A stretch of DNA of 63,757 bases, filler included, from Choristocarpus tenellus KU-1152 (Eukaryota > Protista > Phaeophyceae), in assembly GCA_964200185.2 (NCBI GenBank). It is 9 parts of 9 records of this genome, joined end to end, with 100 filler letters (N's around TTAATTAATTAA, not from the genome) between each part and the next. Parts side by side here need not be neighbours in the genome. Positions count along the whole stretch, not along the records: positions 1 to 9,248 come from CAXNAD020003846.1; positions 9,349 to 15,174 come from CAXNAD020009657.1; 7 more parts are not named here. One strand, given 5' to 3'. Below, one piece after another: positions 1 through 11,169 of this stretch; positions within the stretch are counted from its first letter, which is position 1, and each line of letters begins with the position of its first letter. The translations under genes and the position numbers were made by a program. The notes below the pieces were generated by a model, which was not told the origin of the DNA, searched no databases, and was given only the letters and a program-made list of their open reading frames with translations.

Positions 1-656
1 ATTTTAAAATATTTTTTTTTTTTTTTTTTGTGTTTAGTTAGTGATTTGATATTTTTTTTTTTTTTTTTGGGGGGGGGGGGGGGAAGTCTCGTGGTTTCAG
101 AGGAGGTAGTGGATTGTGTATTGTAAGGCATGATCGAGCGGATGTAAGGAAGGAAGGGGAGCACTGGGTGATTTGAAAGAGAGGGGGTGATGGATGTACT
201 TGAGGACTCATATGTCCTGTTGAAAAGGTGTGTGTAATTTGTTTGTACATGATTTAGTGTAGATATTCTAAGGCGTGTATGTATCTGTGTTCAAGTCAAT
301 CAAGGACTTCGGCAGTTGTGAGTGAAAATAGGCGGGGCCTCAGTGCCGGGGAAGACAATTATTTTTTATGCTGATGTGTGCGTGGTTGAATAGCTTTGTG
401 ATCCATAGTTGAAGATAATTCCACTAATTGTGAGCTGTGGAGCTATACTGTGCACAGCGGGATCTCGAACGTAGCTTTCCCAAGTCTAGTTGAGTTTCTA
501 TTTTGAGAATTTTTTTAATTCTTGCATATTAATATAAAAAATAGGCAGTGTTTCCTACCCCTATGCACATATATATTGCCCACTCCACCCTCCACCACAA
601 ATGCAATTGTTGCCTACGACTCTGTAACACGTTTTTTAAATTCAAAATTGAGACAG

Positions 657-2100
657 GCTGCACTAGGGTGCAAGGTTGATGTACTGACTATCGATGGCAT
701 GGTGGAGATGACAGTACCAAAGGGATCACAGCCAGGAAATGCCCTGCTCCTTAGGGGAAGAGGGCTCCCCCGCATCACCATGGGAGGTGGCTTGTCCAGA
801 TCTAAGGGAGATCAGATCGTGCACATCAAGGTCGAGGTTCCCACGTGAGTAGAGGCGTATTTTTATCACCTGTGGGTTGTGTGTATTTATTCTTTTGTTT
901 GAATCCATGGCAAGCTCATGATAAGCTTTTCGACTTGATCGTCTCAAGGTATTAGAAGGATTGAGGGAAGGATGAAGGTGTTGAAACAGCAATATCCACC
1001 CCTCCTGGTTTTCTGCCTCGATTATGTGTATAGTTTTTGTAGTGCTTGTGTTGCCTGTTTTCCACTTGTAGAATTGATCGAGGTGTGTGTACTTCCAAGT
1101 GCAGAGTGGTGTTGATGATAGGTAAGCCGTTATGATGTGTTCCCCCCCAACTGGAACGATTTTTTGTCCACAAAGTCAGCTGTGAAAGAAAAGGGGTAAC
1201 TTGTTCTTTCCTGTTGCATTGGAGGGGAGGGGGAGGGGCATTGGATTCTTGTCTCCTGCTGCTGCTGGTCTCGACACGCATTTTCTTGTTGCTTTTGATT
1301 ATCCAACAAATAACCCATCTGTCTCCACATTTATTTTGTTCGCCGAGAAGTATCAAGAGTATTTTTTTTGTTGTGGTGCTGTGCTAATTGATGTATAGTA
1401 ATAGTGTTGAGCATCGATGCCTAGTATAAAGTGGATTCAACTTAATGCTTCAATGCGGGTACTGGTTTTTCTGTGCGGCTTGAACCCACTCACTGTAGTG
1501 AGAAACAACTTGCACGAATTGTTGTGTTGCCCAGGTAGGATAGTGCTGTGGGAATTTGTTTTGTTTGGTGGACGGTGGACAGTAGAGTGTATCATAACAA
1601 GGTGTCGATAAAACCACAGGCAGTGCAATGTGAAACCTTCTAAGTATGTAAGCTCTTTTTTTTTTTGCTCTTTATGATGGGGTACCCAATTTGGAGTGTC
1701 CTGATACATTTTTTTGCTTTTCAACCAACGGTTTACTACATTGGTTGATGCTTTCGATAGACGGACGGATGGACCGATAGGAGTTGGTGGGGGCTAAACC
1801 TTGTCTTTTAAAACTGCTAAACCTCTACTGTAACTAACCTCTCTTGTTCTTTTTTTTTCGTTTGTATCTGTGGTCGCACCCGGGGAAAAAACTTATAATA
1901 GTAAGCTTAGCAAGCGGCAGCGCGATTTACTAGAGGAGTTCAGAGCCGAGGAAGAGAAGGAGAAGGGTGAGACAGGCCAGAAAAAAGGAGTAAACAAAGG
2001 AAAGCAGAAGAGCACCGGTGGTGGTGATGCGTTCAAGGGGTTCACCAAGATTTTATCCGACGCTTACACCCGCCTGAAGAAACACACTGGGACAGATTGA
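657..2100 (+). CDS. dnaJ: DnaJ/Hsp40 chaperone, last two exons (5' part outside window; possibly the organellar DnaJA type)
   Basis: Exons 657-844 and 1902-2100 join through a phase-2 GT..AG intron to give AALGCKVDVLTIDGMVEMTVPKGSQPG...GDQIVHIKVEVPT/KLSKRQRDLLEEF...stop, the classic DnaJ C-terminal domain. Confidence 0.93.
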
Positions 2101-2689
2101 TTGGGCTCTTTTCTTTGGTGGGGGTCTTCGTCAACCCAGCCACCCACCCTCGCCCCCGTGAGCAAGAATAAATTATGGTAACACTTTGCTGTGAACGGCA
2201 TTTTCATGGAGAGCCCTACAAGGGTTTGGCGAGTGAAGAGGGGGGCCCGGAGCAGGAGAAGAGTGTAAAGAGAGGTGAATTAGTAACTAGATGTACGTTG
2301 AGCATTTTTTTAATTGAAGAGGGTTGAGTTGAGTCGACTCACTTGCATCATTAAAGCTCCTTTCAGGATTGGCTGGAGTGGGGGATACACTGAGTGCTCG
2401 CATGCATCGTTTTAGTATCTGCCTGGTTTTGTGAGATTGTCCCACCTTGGTGAGGGAGGTGGCGGTGATGATGCGCCTGCCTTGCCTTTCAATGTAGCTA
2501 TCTATACGTTGTTGTGATGGGAAGAGAAATTAATAAGGTGATGATTGCTGTCCTTGTGTTGGTGTGACTCTGTCTCTCTTCTACAAACATTGTGTAGATA
2601 CATCTGCCAAAAAAAAAAAGTTTTTTGCTCCCTTTTCTGCTTTTGATGTTTCTGAACCCCACTTGAACTTACCGTCATCTATTCTCGCA

Positions 2690-3850
2690 ACTCAAGAGAC
2701 GGCCATCCTTTCCAATAAAATTATGAATCACAAAAACATTTTTCCAAATTCTTCAGCTCACAATTCACAAAAAAGACTGCCGAGACACACGGCCTTCATG
2801 ATGGACCATGGAAATATCTTCTGACCTTTTGTCTTGGAGGGACTGTTTCTCTTGGACATCACCAGTGATTATTTTAGTGCTTTGGTACAGCTGCATAATA
2901 TGTAAGGATTGTAGCAAGAGCCTTAATCTGCTATGGCCCATTATGGTGTACTTTGACTCAACCATGTGGCAACCCAGTGCCTATCTACAGTTCTACCAAA
3001 AAAGTTCTGCGTTAACCCTCCCAACTGTTCTGATTTTCCAAAGAGGTATCAAACATGTCCCTGTTCTGCACTACAACCATGCTGATCTTTTTGTCGATGT
3101 TCACGAGTCAAGATGTACAAGTTGAAGAATCTACAGCACTATGACATTGGTCCATCTTAGGACACCAAATTTCAGTCGGTGCTCATGTAGTTACCCCCCT
3201 GGTTCGCAGCTAAATGAAACTACCCCTGGTAACTGGGAGAGGGTCATCACAAATTAAAAAACACTATACGGAATGATTGTATTCCTTCGTAACTTGGGGG
3301 GTGGAAGCCTCAACAAGTGCAACAATAGAGCAAACTGTTCACCTGTGATTCTTCCCTCTCATTGACATACATATAATAGTGCTGTCATTGTCTAGAGGTC
3401 TAGCTAAGAGCATGTAATACATGTTTGTATGTTCCCGCATTCAGGTAGGGTGTTTCTAGCAGACACGGATGGACATTGTGAAATCCCCATGTCTGCCTGC
3501 CAAGCCAAGACCTGACATCTTTGGAGATAGCAATAAAAGGAAAATTTCCTCCACCCCAACACGAAAGGAATGGCGTGAGACAACAGAGAATCGCAATGAA
3601 ACACTCTACATCACAGTCCAAACTAATAGATGACATGCACCACCAACTTCAGCACGGCGAACACACAGGCAGACGTCTCAAGCACACACATTTCAATAAC
3701 AGAAGAGAGCTAGAAAGGAGCTATCATCTTTGTTATAAATCCAACATTTGACGATTGCTCGACAATCACCAAGTCACTTCAAACTGAAACAAAATAGTAC
3801 TTTCTGAAACCACGACATTCTGCAGTACTCGGAACGAGCTGTAGGAACGG
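2690..3850 (+). pseudogene. Degenerate fragment of the large ORF (C-terminal part) of the unclassified transposon family
   Basis: Frameshifted peptides VYFDSTMW, KHVPVLHYNHADL, CLYVP and NFSTANTQADVSS weakly parallel, in order, 56400-57150 (LPMEGVNTH, WLHVP, NYSWNDIVEVAA). Eye alignment only. Confidence 0.35.
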
Positions 3851-4219
3851 AGCGAAGAGAGCATATGGCTAGGTACGGCTTTAGAGACATCCACATTGAT
3901 GAATGAATTTGTCCCATTGTTGGACACAAGAGAGTGTGCATCTCTTCATGGGGTCAATTGAAACGACAAATTGGCCCTTCCTATAAACATTTAACAGCAG
4001 TTCACCCAATTGCAGATACAGATAGACAAAATTTGAAAGTCTACCTTGTAAACTCAAGCAACATGAGCAGAATAAACTAAAACGATGTCTCACAATAGCT
4101 TCTAGTGAACACAACTGTACAAGCATAGGCCGTCCGATGCTATCAGGACCTGAAGACACCTGGTGACAGTGCTGGACTTCTTCCTCACTAAGACAACAGC
4201 ACCTTGTCTCATAAAGCCA

Positions 4220-4944
4220 TCAGTCATTCGGTTGTTGCACAACCTCAGCTTCTACGCGATCATCTAATATATCGCAGAGTTGACTCAAGTCCTTCAATGC
4301 CAATTTCAACACCTTCAGCGCAGGTGCACCTGTTTTGAGCGTTAGAGGACGCAGGACTGAGTCCCGTAATGTAAGATGCATCAAGAGAAACAGGTAGTCC
4401 ATCAAAGACATCTTGTGACAATCCCAAGCCTAAACACGCACCACTTACAAGGTCATCACCCTCCATATCCACACCAGCATGGAAGCCAGGCCCCATACAA
4501 CACTGATACACGTCTAAACTTCAGCATGTGAAAGTGGAACGTTATTCGACTCTACTACACATCTAGAATAAGACCACTCTAGGGATCCACATCCCATTAT
4601 GTGGCGTGCTCACCTGTTGTCTGAACACGTAGGTTCATCTTGGGTTCAGAGGGGTGAGGTACGCTATAGCCACAAAACTCGACGTCCGATCGCTCCATTA
4701 GTACGTGCCGTAGTGCATTTCCTAGTGTGTGGTCCTCATCCCTGATTAGAACCAGTACTATCAGCTGAATGTCATAACCATTGAGAGAAAGACCAAAGGT
4801 GTGATAGTGTAGTGGTCTAGATACGACATCAGCTTTGAACTAAGCCCCTCACCCGAAGACGTAGGTTGCGCATGAATCCGTTCCCCCAGGCATGACTTGA
4901 AACTTTACATCAGCCGGGGATGGACGATGCTCGTTCACCGCCAT
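4220..4944 (-). CDS. POLR1D: RNA polymerase I/III shared subunit AC19 (RPAC2/RPC19), complete 3-exon gene, 109 aa
   Basis: Exons 4944-4853, 4741-4614 and 4329-4220 with GT-AG introns in consistent phase. Translation MAVNEH...CATYVFG-DEDHTLGNALRHVLMERSDVEFCGYSVPHPSEPKMNLRVQTT-GAPALKVLKLALKDLSQLCDIL...stop carries the RPB11/AC19 signature; FCGYSVPHPSE is the AC19 form. Confidence 0.95.
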
Positions 4945-4989
4945 TTTGAGGTGTGTTGTGGTCTGAAGCCAAACTGGGAAATGTTGATT

Positions 4990-6350
4990 GATGTACCAAC
5001 ACTATAGTGTTAACACTACTATTCAGAGGAAAATATAGGGTACACCTGGAACTGTCCATGTGTTCGCCTCTCTCCAACCACATGTTCATTCCAATGATGC
5101 ATACCATCTCCTGCATCTTCTGAATGAGGTCGACATGGACACCATCCCTGAGGTATCAGTGTTGAAGAGAAAACCGCTCTCCACCACACAGGTGGCCAAG
5201 CGCTTGCGCAGGTGTGTGACAAGCGCTTCTCTTTTAGTGTGGGGATAAGTATGTCTCGGTAGTATGGGTATGGGAGGGAGCAATCGAGGTGTTTGGCATT
5301 ACATCCATACGAATATTAGCAAGTCAGAAATGGATCAGCTATCCGCATCATGGATTCTATTCCTCTTGATGTCTACTGCGCCCTCCTTTCCGATTGATGT
5401 ATACTGTAGGAACCACGCTTTTCTATTTAGCACTTTCAACTAACGGTGCACCATGATGGTATCATTCAAGATGCTGAACATCTCGTTCATTTTGCCTGTC
5501 GCAAGGTTCTTGAAAGACAACAGGCGGCCTAGTATCCCTGCCACCGAGTTTATTGACGATGACAATGGAGAGGATGGAGATGAGGAGCTCGTTTGCAAGG
5601 TACCCGACGAAACTCTCTTTCAACTACAGCAGATCCATGACGCCCTTGTGGGCAATTCTAGGGTTGATCTGTCAGGCATGATCTCCAATGCAGACCCTCA
5701 GAGCCAGGCTCCGTTGTCATCGCAGCAGGTAATATACGTTCGTCATCTCTGTGATGATTTTCTTACTTCTTACATCCATCTTGCGTCTTCTTTATACAAC
5801 TTCTTTCCAGTCGAGCCATGCTTGACAGTATAAAAGATAACCCAAACCTTGTCAAATTCTCTTCTCTCCTGACCATGAGTGAAAGAAGCCGGTGCTTTGG
5901 AAAAAGAATTATGACCGAATTGTGGCGATAGGCGTGCCCTTCATCATTGAGCGTGTGACTCCTGGCGCAGAAATGCACTAGTTGTTACCGTGCGCAATAA
6001 GAGCTCGTTTTGCCGCGTAAGGTCTAACATACATCGTATAAAATGCGTCATTGTTGCGTGATCAGTTTCTTATCGTAGATTGTCCACCCGTGATATCGCT
6101 CGACTTCAATTGTATAAACCAGGTAACAAGTTTTGTAGATGCCACTTCTAACACAATTATTTCATGCCTGATGTTCACACCTACCAATGTATCGCGCAGA
6201 GATTGTTCGTCGGTGAAGAAAAAACAGTGCACAATGAACCTGTTGCTGGAGATAACCTTGATGTGGTGGAGCCCCCACCTAAAAAGAAGAGCAAAACAAA
6301 AGAAAAGGAGAAAAGCCGCAAGAAAGATCGGCGAAAAAGTACTAGCGCAT
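4990..6350 (+). mobile_element. Degenerate hAT-like DDE transposase
   Basis: In hAT order: PHVHSNDAYHLLHLL (decayed CxxH-xLxL), KPLSTT-RW across a frameshift at about 5185, and PTNVS-(E/Q)RLF near 6190. Stops and frameshifts throughout. Homologous copy at 9365-10220. Confidence 0.45.
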
Positions 6351-6399
6351 AGTATTGTCACAAATTGTAGGTACTAATTATAACCTAGAGGAATTTACG

Positions 6400-8100
6400 T
6401 GATCTCATCCGTTCTTAACTCTCATTGTCTCATTTCACTGCCTAGTAAATCGTGAAGCTGAATTGTTTTGTGCTTCAAATTGAAGGCGATTGTTTGTGAC
6501 ATAGTATCTGTTACATTGTGCGCACTACAGCATTCATGAATATAGGTAAATTTAATATACAGGTGTAGTTTTTCTCTGTGGTCATAGCTATATATTTGTG
6601 TGTTGAATTGCTGGGTGGATGCATACAAGGTAGATTTGGGGAAACAAACAGTACATCTTTTGAAGTGTTTTTTGTTGTAGATAAAGTATGCAATTTTTGA
6701 TATCATAATGCCTTCTTTAAATGGAAGGACAATAGGTTGTAATGACCGGAATTTAGTCGTGGATCACATGTGCAGTTTATTATCATACACTGCATGTGCT
6801 TCAGCTTGAATGTTGCAAGAGTGAAAGAGTGGATCGGGTGTAGCAGAGTTTATCAACTCTCGTGTTGTATGTGGATGGATAGATGAAATTTTTGAATAGT
6901 ATTTTTGCATTGGTTTATGAGGAGTACATACTTGACAAAGTTGTGATCAGATTTCTCTTCTCTGTAGATACAAATTTTTCAGTTGTTGACATTCTGGATG
7001 TGTACACAACACTCCACCCAGCAACTTAGTTTCTCTGAGGGTTTGTCTAGATTTTGATAAAAAGAATTTTCATGAAACAGGGAAATGTTTTTTGGTGGTG
7101 TGCTTTCTACAAAGTTGCCTTATGGTTTGTTCCAACACGTGAGAATGTTGCCTGATTGGTTTCCCAAGGAGATTCTGGAGGCCCTTGCCACGTCTCAACT
7201 TTTCGTGGTCAATCACTCAGATCATAAAAGTGAAGGTTTTGATGTCCCTCCCTTCATGAGATGACAATTTTAATGTTTAGAGTGCATTGTAACGTATCAT
7301 TATCTGGTAAGGTACTCCCAGCCAAGATTGATGATATCCTCAAGGCATTCACACTGTAGTTATGAAATGGTAGGCCAGGACATATATAAAATGTTTCCAG
7401 GGTACCACCTCCATATTGCTTCCCCTTCTGGCTTCAAACCGATATGATTGTTCTTCCTTTCCACCAACGTATGAAGTCAATTTGTCTGTGCAAATCCTTT
7501 TCCATGCCCACTTCAACACCTTCCCAGCAACTCCCCAGGAGTTAGGGATGGGCTCTATCGCCTTCAAGCCCAGCTGCTCTTGAAGTACATATTTTCTCCT
7601 GATATTACTGTCATGATTGTAATCGTTTCTACAATAGAAGCCCTCGCTGCACTTGCTTCTTACCCTTCACTTCACCCGACTGTTCATCCTGCAGCCTATG
7701 TGAACATCAAACTTCTGGTCCTGGCCTCTCAGTGAAATCAAGGTTTTCCATCATTATTCCAGCCTTCGGCAGAGGTGTACCTGGCACGACTTTTGAGAGA
7801 TTCAGTAGGAGGGGCAGTTTTAACCGCCCCCTTGCTCTGACTGTACAACTAACAGGAAATCGCTGAGTTCATCAATAGCCCTTCATTAACAAGCTCATAC
7901 AGGGATGATCACAACATTTTCCCCCAGTCAAATACTCAACAAAAATTTAAACTTCGAATAATGGAATTCATGATGACCCTGTAAATCTATCAACCCAACC
8001 GATCGTTTGAAAAAATAGCTCCGATAAAAATGCACATTCTCTAGTTTCCATAAATCTCACTATTATACCAGGTATCTGATTCAAACAATAATGACCATAC
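6400..8100 (-). pseudogene. Degenerate copy of the large ORF of the unclassified transposon family
   Basis: GVAGKVLKWAW matches RVAAKIKAFLKEAW (55760-55800); LLGKPIRQHSHV matches ILHGKPQGKFSQV (about 12170, minus strand). Confidence 0.5.
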
Positions 8101-8569
8101 GGTTTCAACCTTCCTCACCTCTTCAATTCATTCCTATTGCTTCCATTACAAGGGGGAGTTTATATTGACATACTTTATACTGCACCCACCTATTTGGATT
8201 TGCTATGGTCTGACCTCGGAATAATACCCCCAATGCTTTATTAGGCAGTACCGTAGAAGTAGAGGATCTTTGTGTTAATCTCTGTTTTTGTGATGCTATG
8301 GAGATGAATCCACATTAATGTGCGCTACCTATTTTTTCGTTTATTATAATAATTGGGGAAGCGTTAGCTTTCACATCCTACCCCACCCAATCAATTCGTT
8401 CGGTGTCTTTGCCACTCCTTCCATGTATAAAATGCATCATGTTGTTAGTGCTAATGGTTCACTGGCGTATGGTATTCCATCTTACACAATACGCGTTTTC
8501 TGTGTAGACTCGACTCCTACATTTTTCAGCGCTTTTCATTGGGCTGGGCAGTTAGCATGTGCACTGCTG

Positions 8570-8900
8570 GCAATATGGTCCCCGGTCGGTCGTGACCTGG
8601 CCATGTTGAAACGGTCGAAGGTCATGGATTCGGTTATGCTCGAACTTGGTTATTTATGGGCGGTTATGGGGGGGGCAGTCATATCGGGTAAGTGATAGGC
8701 ATGGACTCGACCATGTTCGAACTTGGTTGTACATCGGTCAATTGTATCTGTCATGTTGAGTAAGCGATACCCATGGACTTGGATACGTCAGTTTAATTTG
8801 TCCTTGGTCAGTAAGGTGATTTGTTTTACACTTGGGTTGGTGACATCACGGTCACCAATCCTATATTTTATGTTACCACTCTTCAATACTATATTTTAAG
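8570..8900. repeat. Conserved non-coding block upstream of the family's large ORF
   Basis: Shares ccatgt.aaac, ggactcg..ttcgaacttggtt, gtcatgtt.agtaagcgat and gttttacact with 47720-48000 in the same order and orientation. Confidence 0.7.
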
Positions 8901-8920
8901 TTTCAAATTTTTTAAAAGTA

Positions 8921-9248
8921 CAGTAGGTTACCCGATTTTGTTCACGCATGGGCATGCCCAAAACAAGCGGCATATAATTGATGTGGTACAATATCGTATT
9001 TTGTAGCACTTGGTACAAAACCGGGAAATCAATCGTGGAATCGACTAATTAATCGTGGTGGTCAGCTGAGAAATCAATCGTCGAATCGACTAATTAATCG
9101 TGGCGAGCTGGGAAATCAATCGTCGAATCGACTAATTGATTGTGGTGAGCTGGGAAATCAATCGTCCAAACGACTAAAATCTTCGAGGGTGGCGTAAGCT
9201 GGTTACTCACCTCTTCCAAACATCCAAAAACTCAAAATAAATCGCATG
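8921..9248 (+). mobile_element. Tc1/mariner-type non-autonomous element end with about 41-bp tandem repeats
   Basis: TA|CAGTA terminus; reverse-complement copy at 45233-45386 ends TACTG|TA; the same terminus is at 9349-9357; about 4 tandem units (gggaaatcaatcgtcgaatcgactaattaatcgtgg..agct) at 9023-9177. Confidence 0.7.
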
Positions 9249-9348
9249 NNNNNNNNNNNNNNNNNNNNNNNNNNNNNNNNNNNNNNNNNNNNTTAATTAA
9301 TTAANNNNNNNNNNNNNNNNNNNNNNNNNNNNNNNNNNNNNNNNNNNN
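9249..9348. other. Artificial contig linker (also 15175-15274, 20641-20740, 27922-28021, 45133-45232, 48315-48414, 54718-54817, 57771-57870)
   Basis: Identical 100-nt N-TTAATTAATTAA-N spacer giving stop codons in all six frames. Confidence 0.99.
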
Positions 9349-9364
9349 TAGGTACTGTAGTAAG

Positions 9365-10220
9365 TAAGGGTAAAGGAGTCAAGGTTGCATTGATTTGGAC
9401 CTTGACAGCGGAGCCGCATAGATGCGAGATCATAGAGGTACGTCCTGCTAGACCATCCTATAGACCTTTCAATACGAACAGGTCAGTCCTCCCAGGTACC
9501 TTGTCCACCAGCAAATTATTGTCGTCACTATCCTCACTGTTATCGATCTACTTTCTAGTAGGAGTAGCGATGGATAATGGACATGTCTGAACTAGAACCC
9601 GAGTGCAGAATTCTGTGTCGATTCAATCCCATCACTTCTTGAATCAAAGTGGGGAAAATATTTGGGTTGAGGGTGCAATGTGATATTCAAGCATAGTATC
9701 TATACGCAGCAACTGTCGGTTCGGGAAACGATGTAATGTCAGAGTAGTCTGAGCAAATAGAGGTATCTACTACGAAATGACATAGAAGTGTAATGCTTTC
9801 GAGTTGTGGAGGATTCACTGGGTGTCGGAGTGAGGATTGAGTAGATGTGCTATGATTGTGTTCAAGTCGTATGGACTGCGCAGTGAGATTGCTTGACGTA
9901 CATGGTGTTTGGAAGGAGGGTGCATTGTGGGCCAGGGGTTTCAGAATGATATTATTTAGGGCATTTAGGGCGAACCCATTGCTTGAAGTGCACTTGAGAA
10001 CTGAAATGAGTTGCCAACTATGCACAGATATGACGTTACTATGGTATCCTAGTCCTGCAATATGCAATATCAGCTCATTCATTGTGGGAATTTAAGACAT
10101 TGTAGCCTCGGCGATTTCCATGAACTCAACGTATGTTTGGCAGTTTGCTGGCAAAAAGATGAAGTGGTGAGAGAGTGATGTCATCATCATCCCCTTGGCA
10201 AACATTTGAAGTCATACTTT
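9365..10220 (-). mobile_element. Second degenerate hAT-like transposase copy
   Basis: IDNSEDSDDNNLLVDKVPGRTDLFVLKGL*DGLAG aligns with DDDNGEDGDEELVCKVPDETLFQLQQIHDALVG of ORF 5453-5833. Confidence 0.5.
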
Positions 10221-11169
10221 TACTCCTCAACGTCGCATGATGGTGATATAGGAGCTCAAAGGTTTTGACATGGCCCATCCACAATTAACAGTTAAACAAT
10301 AGCATGGTCGAACGAACCGTTGTGGGCCATGTAGGAAGGTGAACAAGTGAGAGACAGCCAGTAGCAGACCCCAATCCACCGTTACACCACCCAGTCGGAA
10401 TGCACCACCATCACACCCCGACCAATGCCAATGCAGTGTATCATGTTCACCAAGAGCGATTGGGATAGGAAGCGCATTTGTGTCGAGCTTGCCACTATGC
10501 AAGCACTTGAATCCAGCTTAGAGCTAGGTAGTTGAGGTATCTTGGTTGAATAGTTTAGACCAAACGATGTTCCCAATCTTGTTCTAACGTTATGGAGCTT
10601 ATAGCTCGGTTTGAACTGAAGGAAAGCGTAAGATTTCAAACCTGATCCCTCGCAGCTGACTTTTGTAGGTGGCAAGCAGTGAGCACCAAGGGAAACGTGT
10701 GCATGGTGGGTTTTCTGGAGCGAGGATTTATCTGGGGTTACCAGAGAGCCTATCAGGCGACCGCGTAGCCACCCAGCCACCCAGCAGAGGTAATCTACTT
10801 CACGGCAATTGGAACAGGCAGAAGCCAAGCAATCATCCCACACCATGATGCCCTACCCTACCCAAGTCTATCCTGCCCTATGCAACCACCCAGCCCTACC
10901 CAATCACTATCCTTAATCCTTTCCCTAAGCTCCTACATCTTGCATAACATGACAGAAACAGTCCCTCCAGTCCCTAGTCCAGGCAGTTACTCCTACTTAA
11001 ATAGAGTGTTACAAAGCACCTGAGGCAATAGCATTGAATCTGTTGTCACATCATTTGAACACCGTCTGATCTTATGGTATCTAGGAGTGTAATTGCGAGT
11101 TGGAAAAATGTGTGTAATCAGTGGTTAACTACATCTCAGTGTTACAGTTCAGTCATGGTGTACTAATTC

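Noticed and set aside
9023-9177. CRISPR-like array
   Set aside because: Units are contiguous with no unique spacers, lie inside a TA-flanked element repeated at 45233, and no cas genes are present.
9249-9348. TTAATTAATTAA as a biological motif, and gene clusters across gaps
   Set aside because: Identical artificial linker; BiP and PTPDC1 do not continue across it.
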